Positions 36,456 through 49,560 of a stretch of DNA of 51,725 nt are shown here, in pieces. Where the stretch lies: positions 14,213,260 through 14,264,984 of the forward strand of contig NC_068982.1 of NCBI RefSeq assembly GCF_001194135.2. Reading direction: 5' to 3'. A program made the translations under genes and the position numbers. Positions within the stretch are counted from its first letter, which is position 1; the number at the start of each line of letters is the position of its first letter. This DNA is from Octopus bimaculoides. Its lineage: Eukaryota. The notes beneath the pieces are model-generated. The model searched no databases. It was not told the origin of the DNA and saw only the letters and a program-made list of their open reading frames with translations.

Positions 36456-37190
36456 CAGGGGTCAATGAACCGGGGTAAATTACCCTAAGTGGGGTAAAAA
36501 TGAAATTTTTGGGAGTAATGAGGACTATTTAGACAAGTATTATTATATTTAAAAAAAATGTGTTCCTTGTTACGACAGAAATTTTTCTTCTGGCATGAGA
36601 AGGCAGTTTATTTATAATTGTATTCTCCATATAAATAGATTCAATAAACCTTTTGAATTCAAAGAATCTATGATTTTCTTCCTTTCAAATCAAGAGTGTA
36701 ACATCATCATCATCATTGTTTAATGTCCGCTTTCCATGCTGGCATGGTTTGACTGAGGACTGGTGAGCCAGATGGCTGCACCAGGCTCCAATCTGATCTG
36801 GCAAAGTTTCTACAGTTGGATGCCCTTCCTAACAGCAACCACTCCGACAGGGTAGTGGGTGCTTTTACGTGCCACCAGCACGAGGGCCAGTCCGGCGGTA
36901 CTGGCAACAGCCACACTCAAATGGGGTTTTTTACGTGCTACCTGCACAGGAGCCAGTCCAATGTTTTGTTCACATGCCACTGGCACAAGTGTCAGTAAGG
37001 CGAAGCTGGAAACGATCACGCTCAAATGGTGCTTTTTACGTGCCACCGGCATGGAAGCGAAACTGCTGCTCTGGCAGTGATCCCGCTTGGATGGTGCTGT
37101 TAGCGCTCCACTGGCACAGGTGCCAGTCAAAACAACGGTGTAAATAAATATATTTTGGGATAATTGGTTTAAAAAGTTCCCCACCCCCTG
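36456..37190. mobile_element. hAT (Charlie-like) MITE with 8-bp TSD, carrying a family C insertion
   Basis: Ends are CAGGGGTCAATGAAC and GTTCCCCACCCCCTG. Flanks ATCTAGGG (36448-36455) and ATCTAAGG (37191-37198) match at 7/8. Confidence 0.75.
36702..37130 (-). mobile_element. Family C retroposon, longest copy
   Basis: (CAT)n tail at 36702 and about five GTGCCACC-containing internal units. Confidence 0.88.
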
Positions 37191-38351
37191 ATCTAAGGTT
37201 ACATTAGAACAGTAACAGCATTGGATATACCTTTAATTAGAATATAACCATTACAAGTGTTTCTGTATTACTTTACCTTGGATATTCCATTCATCTGCAC
37301 CTTTCATTGAGATGTATTCATATTTGCTGAGTTACAGTCATTTTTACAGCAGCATATACGATCTCCTGCTTGTCTAAGATAATAAATATTATTTGGTTTA
37401 TTGTGTTTTTCTTGAACTGTTTAAATATATTTCATGTGTGATATGGATTATTTCTGTTTTAAAATTATTATCACTAGAAACTTTCCAACAGTTAACATCA
37501 TAAATTGCTTTGTCAGGAGATTAAGCCTGAAGGAAAGCAGATATTTAAACAAACATTCTTGAGCAACCAATGACGATGCAGATAATATCTTCTATACAGA
37601 TGTGGCACAACTATCAGATTTTATCTTATCATAGTGACTTGGAGATGGTTTTTGTCTTGTGCATATAGCTTTGTATTTGAAATGCTCTTTTAAACAAAAT
37701 AAGATGTATGTGCATACAACAGTTCCAGAGCTGATTATTCTGTTATGTAGCCGCCATTTTACTAAAGATATCAAATATATATTTATCCATTCTGTTGTTC
37801 ACTGTGTGTTTATTTATTATATAAATTTCTATTTGCACGGAATATTCTCATGTTGAGAGCATTTGCTGCGGAACACTTCTTCAATCTTTAGACACTTTAA
37901 AGATATTTTAAAGAGGTTTTGTAGGGAAAACATGTATGATTCTATGCATGTAAACATGATGTTGGGACATTACACTGGAATAAAGTATAAACCACCAAAT
38001 TTATCATTAATAAACTACCTTATACGAGTACTATATTTCAGCTTTGTCTTCTTTTTTTTTTGTTTGTTTCTGTTTTTCCTTTTTTTTTTAGATCATCTGC
38101 AGAATTAATCTAAAACAAAAGATGTATTTTATATTTTGGTCAAGAGAATTGTCATACAGGACGTCAAACTCGTATTTCTATGATGCACACCAATGCTGAG
38201 ATACACATTAGGTGTGGGTTATTTATACTAGAAAAGAGGTTAAATTAGATAATGTATCCTTCCCCACAGACTGTGATAGTCAAGCTTGTTTTGGACTTTT
38301 TATTATTTGTAAAAATTATTGTACCTAGTGGATCTATGCTTATCCAATTCC

Positions 38352-38700
38352 CAGAAGTCATCGCCTCGGTGAGGCCCAATGTTCGAAGGTCTTGCCTCAC
38401 CACCTCAGCCCAGGTCTTCCTGGGCCTACCTCTTCCACAGGTTCCCTCAACTGCTAGGGTGTGGCACTTTTTCACACAGCTATCCTCATCCATTCTTGCC
38501 ACATGACCATACCAGTGCAATCGTCTCTCTTGCACACCACAACTGATGCTTCTTAGGTTCAACTTTTCTCTCAAGGTAATTACACTCTGTCTAGTATGTA
38601 CACTGACATTACACATCCATCGGAGCATACTGGCTTCATTCCTTGCAAGCCTACGCATGTCTTCAGCAGTCACGGCCCATGTTTCACTGGGCCATGACTG
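38352..38700 (-). pseudogene. RTE-clade LINE ORF C-terminal fragment
   Basis: SETWAVTAEDMRRLARNEASMLRWMCNV...RRLHWYGHVARMDEDSCVKK...GRGRPRKTW is characteristic of the RTE post-RT region. Confidence 0.9.
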
Positions 38701-38917
38701 CTGTGCATTAAATGTAAGGCATTTTATTTATCTATTTGTTTTTTCGGAAAATAAAACACCAGTTTATTGATAGCATTTAAATTCAAAGAAACAAAGAAAC
38801 AGAAAGAGAAAAGTAAAAGCAGCAGGTGAAGCAGCAGCAGGTAGGGGAGTGGAGGTAATGAATTACACACCCCAGAACAAAAGGCATGCTCAGCTGTGCC
38901 CCGCAATTATGACTACA

Positions 38918-38995
38918 ATGGCAATGCCATGATGGCATTGCCGTGATGGCGTTGCTGCACGATGGCATTACTGCAATGGCGTTGCCATGGAAAAT
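38918..38995. repeat. Short minisatellite, about 14-16 bp unit (ATGGCRTTGCC..)
   Basis: Five degenerate units are visible. Confidence 0.75.
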
Positions 38996-39659
38996 GACCA
39001 ACAACACTCACAGCAGTAGCCACTCCATCTCACAGAGCTCGTTTCTTATAAGTAGAGGTATATCATGTTCCTAGTTGTGCTCTCCTAAATTAATTCCTTT
39101 GACGAATTCCGTTCGGTTTTACAAAATTTTCCCATAGAATTTTTTTCTTGTATCTGTGAACGACCTAAAAATTCCGTCTGCTCATTTTGTATCAGACCAT
39201 ATGACAGACAACTGTTAAATAAACGGATCACAGCTCTGGATTTATGTAAGAGTTGCATTTACTACATGTGTCCAGGACTACTTATTTCAGCATTTTGGGG
39301 TATTTTCTTACACTAATTGTTCGCTAAATTCTTCATTTTCTTTATTTTATATTTATTAGTGTGTTTTGACTTGGTGCTGTTATTTTTCCATTCTAATGTG
39401 GTAGCTATTTGGGACATGGAAATGTAATGTGAATAAATATAATTTCAAAACTTATCATACAAACCTTTTACATTCTTTTGTCTGCCCCATGATACTGAAG
39501 GCAACCATGGGCGATTATATTTCTTTTTTTTTATAAGTACATCAAAGAAAATTACATTTAGTAATATCTGAAATAGATCATGTTTTGAATAGAGAAACGA
39601 AAAGAAGCTTTCATTCTGCGAGAATCAATAATAATGATAATGATAATAATAATAATAAT

Positions 39660-40025
<366 letters not shown>

Positions 40026-40543
40026 TATACCAGGCAGTGGCTCTCATGGCTTCTGATTTTAACTGATTGGAAGTGTTATCATGTACATTGTTTTGTCTTG
40101 GTATAAAATATGGGCTCCAGCAAATATTCTGCTCAATACCACAGATTTGCATGTCAGTTGTTTGACCTTAATCATTTGAGCATGACCCTTGGTGGCTGAT
40201 GATATGTGCATCTCTGATCATGAGCAGAAGTAGTGGGGGAGCACCATGTGTTGAGAGGAATTTTTTGGAAACACGGGTGTTTTGTTCAGCATCCTTAAAC
40301 AACCCTTATTCAGGGACCTTATGAGCAGGATGAGCTACTTGACCCAAAGAAAATTCTAACTGGGCCCCACCTGCAAGGTCATATGCTGTTTTTCTTGATA
40401 TGAGATCACCATGCGGTGCACATATGGTTGCGCTGCATGTGCCTGATGTACCCTTATTAGATGGGTAGCCATGATGGGTATATTGGGCCTTGGATAATTT
40501 ACCCCAGTGTCACTTTGATGGCATTCACTATTCTCTCGTTCAA

Positions 40544-40587
<44 letters not shown>

Positions 40588-40597
40588 NNNNNNNNNN

Positions 40598-40640
<43 letters not shown>

Positions 40641-40759
40641 TACAAGAATAACAATAAACTGACGAACAAACCAATTCTACGTGGCCTCTGGAACTGGTAG
40701 GATAAGAAGCCAATTTCCCTGATCGTCTCAGAAATGGAAGCTCAACATTTGAAATATTG

Positions 40760-41077
40760 TGGCAGCTCTGTTTACGAACGCTTCTCACCACGAACAAATC
40801 AGCTTACGAACAATTTTTCGAACGTAAAACGTCTCGGTTGGGGAACGGTGTCTTGAGAAACGAACACGCATGCCTGCAACAACGGCTGGCAACAAGCTGG
40901 GTGTTCCAGTGGGAGAACGTCAGGTACTTTATCGCTTTCGCTCTGTGCACACCCTGGCTTGAATTCGCCATGCCTTCTCTTGAATTTCCTATGGAAAAAA
41001 TACTTTCGGTTCATTAATATTTTGAGTAACGAACGATCTCCAGGAACGAATTAAATGCGTAAAGTGAGGTTCCACAG
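40760..41077. mobile_element. Tigger/pogo-like MITE remnant
   Basis: The right end GAACGAATTAAATGCGTAAAGTGAGGTTCCACAG|TA resembles Tigger TIRs, and repeated TTACGAAC motifs occur inside. Confidence 0.5.
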
Positions 41078-41480
41078 TATTACAGTCCTTATGTTGTACT
41101 CGAAAACAAAATGGAAAACGGATGGTCGCCTTTGATCAAGCGTCTGCTCAATCAGAATTGATCTGAGATGAAACAACGGCAGCTTCAGAAGTTATTTAAC
41201 CCTAGGTCAGACCTGAGTGTCAATTATTAAAAAAGTATTAACTCGAAGTTATGAAATCGCACACTTTCGCCTTTCTAAGTCGTCTTAAGCGTATCAGATA
41301 ACGACCTAAAGAGAGAGAGCCTCAAACTGATTAGACGTTTGACTTACTGAAAAATAGTACAAATTACCTTTAAAATTAGACCCGCTGGTTTTGAAAAAGA
41401 AAGGGTGACGAAGTAGCTGCGAATGCACTATTTCTGAAAAAGGAAAGAAAACAGGATGGCCACAGCTGGAATGGCATATA

Positions 41481-41705
41481 CAGTGTTGGCCAAAAGTCGA
41501 CAGTAAATCAAAACCATTTAATTCGAAGGTTTATTTATGTTTAACAACTGAATGAGACTTCGTTAATAAACAGACAAATGTTGAAAAAAAAAAACCGTGA
41601 TTTTAACTCGCAGCATTCAGTTATTAAACATTCATAATTGGAATGAATAAATAAAAGTAATTATGGAGTTTTGATTTACTGTCAGGTAACTTTTGCCCAA
41701 CCCTA
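41481..41705. mobile_element. Tc1-type MITE
   Basis: Imperfect TIRs CAGTGTTGGCCAAAAGT..GACAGTAAATCAAAAC and the reverse complement TAGGGTTGGGCAAAAGT..GACAGTAAATCAAAAC, with TA flanks. Confidence 0.75.
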
Positions 41706-41748
41706 TATACACACACATGCGCACACACACACACATACAGACATACAC

Positions 41749-41870
41749 ACGAGGGAACGCTGAAAAGTTCCTGGCCTAGGATAAAAGAAATTACAGGATG
41801 ATCAGTTAATTATGATTTTATTCAACATATTCCCCTCTCAGATTCACATTCTTATTTCAGCGGTCCTTCA
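41749..41870. mobile_element. mariner terminal fragment
   Basis: CGAGGGAACGCTGAAAAGTTCCTGGC resembles a mariner TIR and is followed by TTTTATTCAACATATTCCCCTCTCAGATTCAC. Confidence 0.5.
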
Positions 41871-43302
41871 GTCTTGGTTTGTTTACATCCTTATAACTTA
41901 ACGTTTTGCCAAAAGAGGCTAATAGAACGAGTACTAAATTTACAAAATATGTACTGGGGTCCACCTGTTCAACTAAAACCCTTTATGAAGATGCACCAAA
42001 ATGGCTTCAGTTTGAACAATTGAAAGATAACAGATAAAATATATTCAGATAACAGGCTGTATAAAATATAGGCAGGATTTATATACATGTAAACGTATAA
42101 GTGTATATGTGTGTGTGTGTGTGTGTAATGGGATACAAATACTTACGCAGATTATAGAAGCATGGATACATGCAGCTCAATTATTCAGGTTAATTAATGA
42201 TCAAATTGGTTGATATAAAACTCAGCGTTCCCTTAGTAAATGTGCATTCACTCCTTAAATTATTTACACAATATAGATAATTATCTCCCATCACTTATGT
42301 AGAATAAAGAAAACATTATTTACTCTAGACTACAGTTCACCTTATTAAAGCACTCACACACATTCACACGCACACACACGTATACTCACTCGTTTACTCA
42401 CTCTCCGACACGATTTCTTCCACTCTATTCACTTAATATTTCTAAATTATTTTGTCATTTTATACGTGTTTATGTGTGTGTGCATGCATGAGGTGTGTGT
42501 GAATTTATTTGCATGAGGTGTGCGTGAGAGAGANNNNNNNNNNNNNNNNNNNNNNNNNNNNNNNNNNNNNNNNNNNNNNNNNNNNNNNNNNNNNNNNNNN
42601 NNNNNNNNNNNNNNNNNNNNNNNNNNNNNNNNNNNNNNNNNNNNNNNNNNNNNNNNNNNNNNNNNNNNNNNNNNNNNNNNNNNNNNNNNNNNNNNNNNNN
42701 NNNNNNNNNNNNNNNNNNNNNNNNNNNNNNNNNNNNNNNNNNNNNNNNNNNNNNNNNNNNNNNNNNNNNNNNNNNNNNNNNNNNNNNNNNNNNNNNNNNN
42801 NNNNNNNNNNNNNNNNNNNNNNNNNNNNNNNNNNNNNNNNNNNNNNNNNNNNNNNNNNNNNNNNNNNNNNNNNNNNNNNNNNNNNNNNNNNNNNNNNNNN
42901 NNNNNNNNNNNNNNNNNNNNNNNNNNNNNNNNNNNNNNNNNNNNNNNNNNNNNNNNNNNNNNNNNNNNNNNNNNNNNNNNNNNNNNNNNNNNNNNNNNNN
43001 NNNNNNNNNNNNNNNNNNNNNNNNNNNNNNNNNNNNNNNNNNNNNNNNNNNNNNNNNNNNNNNNNNNNNNNNNNNNNNNNNNNNNNNNNNNNNNNNNNNN
43101 NNNNNNNNNNNNNNNNNNNNNNNNNNNNNNNNNNNNNNNNNNNNNNNNNNNNNNNNNNNNNNNNNNNNNNNNNNNNNNNNNNNNNNTATATATATATATA
43201 TATATATATATGATATATATATATATATATATAGTATAAAGCAACCATATAAGTATTATTTCCGATCTGGATTGTTTGTATATTGTTGACTTGGAAATAC
43301 GC

Positions 43303-44112
43303 CGTGACTAAATTAGCGTTCGTTGGAGCAACTTTATTCCCATTGTGTACCTGATTATTTACTTATAAATGTAGCTACTGAAATCGAAATAATTCTTTTG
43401 CAGGTTGTTTTTCTTTTCAGGTCATGGATTTTTTCTCCGTTAGAAAAATTTTCAATATCAAATTTCGATACCCATTAATACATATGTCTGTAAGGTTCTT
43501 TATTTTTGCTATTTTTTAACATGTTGTAGAATAGGTTTCAAAATTTACTGAGTTTGTGTGTTTTTAAGAGTAAACCCGCTTAATTTAAGATCATTATAAT
43601 GAGGTATATTGATGCAAACCGAACGAAACAAGTTTAGTCCTTATTTATATATAACACACAGTTATATAACGATATATTGATACATATAAAATGCTGGTAA
43701 AGCAAAGAAAGCTGATATGTAGATATTGGGACTAAATTAGCATTCATTGGAGTAACTTTACTTCCATTGTGTACCCTATTATTTACCTGTAAATGTATCT
43801 ACAGAGATCGAAATAATTCTTTCGCAGGGTCTTTTCTTTTTTGTCATGAAGTTTTTCTTCGCTTGTTCAAATAATATGTTGAAAAAATTTTCTATATCAG
43901 ATTTCGACACCCGTGGTAGTCTGTCTGTTTCTTTTTTCGATTTTTTTTCCTTTTGGTGTTGGTTTTAAAATGTCGAAGTCAACTCCTATGAAATTCAGAA
44001 TGTGCTGTAGAAAAGGTTTCAAAAGAACATCCTAAAATTTACCGAGTATGTGTTTTGTAAGATTAATCCGCTTAATTTAAGATCATTATGATGTGGTATA
44101 TTAATACACACT
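43303..44112. repeat. Diverged tandem duplication (about 320 and 385 bp units)
   Basis: GACTAAATTAGC...CCATTGTGTACC...ATCGAAATAATTCTTT...CCGCTTAATTTAAGATCATTAT occurs twice, near 43306 and 43729. Confidence 0.85.
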
Positions 44113-44652
44113 GATTCTCTGCAGGCATCATATATTGTTCTACTCTTGTATATTTTGAAAAGTCTATAAAAATTACCGCTCAGTAATTATGAAACCGAAT
44201 TTGAAAAGGCATAAAATGCTGATAAATCATTCATGAAGAAAATTGAAAAACACAACATACCAAAACAGGCAAATTTATTGTCGTCATGGATACAAAAAAT
44301 TACATTAATTCCAGAAAATTTTCGACAAGGAAACAATTTTATCAGAAGAAACCAAAATTCTGTTTTCATCATGACGGAATATTTATCAAAATAAGGCAAA
44401 ACCAAAATACACAAAGGAATAGAAATTATAACCCAAAGGCAATTTTATACAGGTCTAACCACAATCGAAACTCAGGTGCAGGCATGGGTATGTGGTAAGA
44501 TGCTTGCTTCCCAACCACATGGTTCCGGGTTCAGTCCCATTGCGTGGCACCTTGGGTAAGTGTCTTCTACTATTGCTTTGGGCCGACCAAAGCCTTGTGA
44601 GTGAATTTAGTGGACGGAAACCAGGTTGAAGCCCAACGTGTCTAAATATATA

Positions 44653-45918
44653 TTCGGTCATCTCATAAATAATACGGGTTTTTTGAATACTTCTTTTATT
44701 TTTCAAAATTAAGATAAAGTTCTTTTCTAATCTAAAATATACTCTTCTTCATTTTCTACAGTGCTCTTCCACTTATCTGGTAAACTTGCAAGGCCCCTCT
44801 TCCAAAAGTCACTTGTCCATCATGAAAAATACTCCTCCACTACTCTTCTGACCTCATCTACAGAATTCATATTTTTTTCTGTCCAAATAATTTTGAAGAC
44901 TGCAGAATAAATGATAATCAGATGGGGCGATGTCTGGCGAATATGGTGGGTGGGGTATCATTTCCCATTCAAACTGCTCCAGCCTTTAGAATGTCACCTT
45001 CGCTGTATGTGGCCAAGCATTATCCTAATGGAAGAACACCTTTTGTCTTGAAACCAAAGATGGTCAGTTTGCTTCTACCGCTGACTTAAGCCACTCAAGC
45101 TGCTCACAGTAGATCTCCTTTGTTATCATTTGGTTTGGGTTTAAAAGTTCAAAGTGGACTAAACCTTTCATATCCCACCAAAGAGATAACAACACCTTAC
45201 ATAGATGAAGACTTTCGTTAACCTAGGGTGCCAATGTTTCTCCTTTCCCTACCCATTGTTTTGGCACTTCACATTTTTATAGAGAACTCATTTCTCGGCA
45301 CCAGTCACTATTCAGCATAAAAAAAAGTTCGTTTGTGAGACGTAACAGCAAAGAAGAGCACACATTCACTGATTAGACTCGGAAAGTTTGTGAGGAACCC
45401 ATTGACCCGATTTGCTGACTTTTCCGATGGCAAGCAGGAGTCGATGAATTACCAAATTCAAGCTTCTCTGCGAGTTCCTCAACAATTACGATGGGATTTT
45501 GTTCTACCAGGGTTTGCAGGACATCCTCGTCGGGGTCTACAGATCTTCCAGAATGAGGCTCGTCTAGGCTGTAGATTCTGGCTTGGAATTTCTGGAACCA
45601 CTGTTGACACTGGCTTACGCTTATTGTCTGATCCCCATATACTACATTAATATTCCTCGCACTTTCCGTTGTGTTGTTGCCTTTATTGAACTCATAAAGC
45701 AAAATATGCTGAATTTGCTCCTTTGTCACTTCCATTATAGCTTTGAAAAAAAATAACTGTTAAAATCAAACTGCACTCTTCAAAACTTGCACTAAGAATA
45801 AGTACAAGGTAAACTTACTACCTGCTTTTATAGCAAGTTGATGCAGGTAGTTTATCCTGTTCCCCTCTGACTTTTAATTAATGCAATTGAAAAAACAAAT
45901 TATTGATGGGATGACCCA

Positions 45919-45919
<1 letters not shown>
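44653..45919 (-). mobile_element. Full-length (1267 bp) inactivated mariner transposon
   Basis: TIRs match at 18/21 (TTCGGTCATCTCATAAATAAT), with TA at 44651-44652 and 45920-45921. Confidence 0.95.
44710..45735 (-). pseudogene. mariner DD34D transposase pseudogene
   Basis: MEVTKEQIQHILLYEFNKG HTH start, WVPHKL linker, IVTGAEK* (first Asp lost), FH*DNAWPH and PHPPYSPDIAPSDYHLF. Multiple stops and frameshifts. Confidence 0.93.
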
Positions 45920-45956
<37 letters not shown>

Positions 45957-46619
45957 GCTCACAAATGTGTGTGTGTGTATCTGTGTGAGTGCTCGCATAT
46001 CACTGTGTGTCTTTGACGACTGTCGCTGGTTTGTTTACATCTCCATAACTTGGCAGTTCTGCAAAAGAAGACCAATAGAGTATGTACCAGGCTTAAAATA
46101 AAAATAGGTCCTGGGGTCTATTCATTCAACTAAAATTCTTCAAGGTGATGCCCCAGCATGGCCACAGTCTAAAAAGATATTTAAAAAATAGTAACCAAGT
46201 TACTACAGAATATCAGATGAAAACACAATAAGTGGACTCAATTAGTGAAGGCTTATACAATGATCTACAAATTAAGAGTCAGTTTTTAGACCATTTGACA
46301 AGTATGGGGAGGGGTGCGATTAGTGCGACAAACAAAATGCAGGATATTGAATGTAGCTGTAGAAAAAATAAAGATAAACGATAATGCAACAGATTCAAGT
46401 CCTCTCAAAAAAAAATTGAAGTTCACTCAACACTACAAAACACTATTTTAATGAAATGTAGGATGAGATTTGAAACATCTATAGAAACTTTCATCTCACA
46501 GAAAAATTATTTGATTATGAATATATGTATTTTTATTTTTATAATTAACTTTTTTACTTCCAGTTGTCCCTATTATAATAAACGACAGCACGGACAGGGG
46601 AACATGAAGTATGAATGTC

Positions 46620-46954
46620 GCCTTCCTGGCACTTGTACCAGTGGCACGTGAAAAGACATTCGAGCGAGTTCGTTGCCAGTCCCGCTGGACTGGCTCCTGT
46701 GCAGGTGGCACGTAAAATACACCGTTTCGATCGTGGCCGTTGCCAGTACCTCTTGACTGGCCTTCGTGCCAGTGGCACGTAAAAGCACCCACTACACTCT
46801 CTGAGTGGTTGGCGTTAGGAAGGGCATCCAGCTGTAGAAACTCTGCCAAATCAGATTGGAGCCTGGTGTAGCCATCTGGTTCAACAGTCCTCACTCAAAT
46901 CGTCCAACCCATGCCAGCATGGAAAGCGGACGTTAAACGATGATGATGATGATG
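46620..46954 (+). mobile_element. Family C retroposon
   Basis: Three internal units and the CATGCCAGCATGGAAAGCGGACGTTAAACGATGATG tail. Confidence 0.9.
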
Positions 46955-47149
46955 TTTAATGAAATAAAGTAACTATTTAACCAAAATTTGGGGGAGAAAA
47001 TATCATTTATAATTTTGAGACTATGTAACCGCCATACTCCAAATCCACATTAAACCTCAGTAATAGAAATGGGAAGAACATCAAAAAGGATAAGCATGTA
47101 GCAATGAAAAAAGTAAATAAGGATACTTGTAGTCATAATGGATTCAAAT

Positions 47150-47769
47150 ATTCTTTTCTACTTTAGGCACAAGGTCCGTATGCAAATGGTACTTAATTTA
47201 TCGACCCTGTAAGGATGAAAGGCAAAGTCGACCTCAGCGGAATTTTAACTCAGAACGTAAAGACAGATGAAATACCGCTAAGTATTTCGCCCGGTGTGCT
47301 AACGTTTCTGCCAGCTAGCCACCGTAGATTAATAATCTTGTCTACTCTAGGCACAAGGCCTGAAATTTTTGAGGTGGCAGTCAGCCGATTAGATCGACCC
47401 TAGTATGCAACTGGTACTTAATTTATCAACCCTGAAAGGATCAAAGGCAAAGTCGATCGTGGTGGAATTGAACTCAGAATGTAGTGGCCGACAAAATACC
47501 ACTAAGTATTTCACCCGGCATGCTAACGTTTCTTATTTCTTTATTGTCCACAAGGGGCTAAACATAGAGGGGACAAACAAGGACAGACAAAGGGATTAAG
47601 TCGATTACATCGACCCCAGTACGTAACTGGTACTTATTTAATAGACCCCCAAAAGGACGAAAAACAAAGTCGACCTCGGCGGAATTTGGGCTCAGAACAT
47701 AGCGGCAGACGAAATAGCACTAAGCATTTCGCCCAGCATGCTAACGTTTCTGCCAGCTCGCCACCTTAA
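47150..47769 (-). mobile_element. Cluster of three SINE family B copies of different subtypes
   Basis: Copies at about 47150-47325, 47333-47532 and 47533-47769. The third carries the alternative tail. Confidence 0.9.
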
Positions 47770-48179
47770 TGGATTTAAATATTACAAAAGATAAACAATT
47801 GATTGCTGTAAAAACAAAGATGTAATTAATAGAGACAGAAGCAGTGCTAATGATAGATGTATTTTTAATCTCCAACTTAAAATGGAGGTTGTGTTAAAAC
47901 ACTAGATCCTGAGGAACTTATTACGTGGTGAAATCACATGACCTGGCTATTTCGGGCTGCAGTAACAAACAATTCGCTTTTGTGCTACACCTTGAGTCCT
48001 TGTAAGTGATCCTTTCGAGGTAAACAGCGCAGTATTCTGTGTTCTAACATAACACCCACGTCAAATTGAAGGTCAAGATTACCAAATAAAGATGAAATGT
48101 ATCTCCTTCTTTCGCCTACTTTGTAAAGTTTTAAAGGGTAAGGCGTGTGAAGTGCGTGGTTATTTAATGCTCATTAAAC

Positions 48180-49560
48180 GTCAAACCACTAAGATTTACG
48201 AACCGCACAAAATCCACACCATTGTAACAATCGATGATGCCAGAAGAGAATAAATTTCAGCGAGTATTAAAATGTTGAATCCTCATGAATTTAGGTTAAG
48301 ATTTACTGTTGTAGATCCGTCTTGTGAAGCGTAAAAAACCTTTTGGTTATTATTATTTTTTTTAATCAACTATGAATCACATATCGAATCTCATTAACAG
48401 ATGATTCAGACATGTTAAAGCATCTTACCTAATTAAGGCACATTCATTGTATCATTTGTTGTTAATACTTATACAGTGATTCACCATAAATACAAATTAA
48501 AAGCCATCAAATTTTAACTCAAAAATGTTTTTTTACAGAACTACCTGAATGAATAGAGAAAAAAATGTCATCGTAGACAATAAAATTTATGCTGAAAAAT
48601 ATTTCAACTTCAGTGATCATATCTCTGGGTCTACAATGAGAATAAAGTCGCTCCAACTTACACTAAATTAGTCATGGCATACTGACAAGTACAAATATAT
48701 GAACGGGCCAGATCAAAATACGATTACAAGTTCCATAGAAATTCATTAGAAGCCTGAAAATGATACTTGAATGGTTGCTTTATCACGTGTATATACAATC
48801 TTGATCAACACCAAAAGTGTAAACAATATTCATTTTAAGATGTAAAAATAGTAAAAAAAAAAAAATACCTCTTTGAATATTTTAGACATTTAAAGAGAGT
48901 TGAAAATGGAAACCGGCAGTTACTTAAAACCAACAGACTCTAAAAAATATTTGGTTATTTGTTTCTTGTCATACAAGAACGAATATCAAATTTTATTTGG
49001 AAAGAAGAAGCCGTAAAATTATATCTATTCTGGAAGCTCAAGATAATGACTTAAACAATTAAAAAAGATAGTACCCGGAAACATTAATTCAGTTTAATAG
49101 AGCAGGCCAAACTGTGAAAGGCAAAATTCACTTTAGAAACTGTCAATAATTTGCTCTAGGTACTAACACATAATCCAAGAAATACAGAAGCCTACACTCT
49201 TCCTTATAATATACCATGGCCGAAGAAATGCAAAATGTAAGGGAAAATGAAACTCTTCAAAGAAAATATTAACCAGCATCGAATAATTCACTAAAATTTC
49301 AACTCTAACACTAAGAAAATTAGGAAGAACGGTAGAATATGCATAAATTTCATTGAAGCTGCAACACATGAATTTATATCGGGACACTTCCGATATGTAT
49401 CAAGAAATATATTTAATACAATGGATGTAACAATAACAAAGATTATAAATGACAAGCGAGATCAACTTTGTGGAAAGGAATACGTGCCCATCGACAACAA
49501 ATAAGAAACCCCAGGACCAGGCAACTACCAACTGATGAAGCTTTGAAGTTAAACACGCCA
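48180..49560 (+). pseudogene. Penelope-like element RT and GIY-YIG remnant, heavily decayed
   Basis: Colinear degenerate motifs: TKIYEPHKIH (FYGLPKIHK), VSFVVNTYTVIHH (SFDVxxLYTNIPH), a K*YLNGCFIT-type YxDD region, SYLKPTDSKKYL (YxKPTDSKQYL) and a terminal IRAHRQQIRNP. A CTGATGA motif follows at 49532. Confidence 0.8.

Larger units (their letters stand above)
44477..46175 (+). mobile_element. SINE family A split by a mariner insertion (halves at about 44477-44650 and 45922-46175)
   Basis: The tRNA-like head lies left of the mariner, and the (CA)n/(TG)n tract and 3' half lie to its right. Confidence 0.88.
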
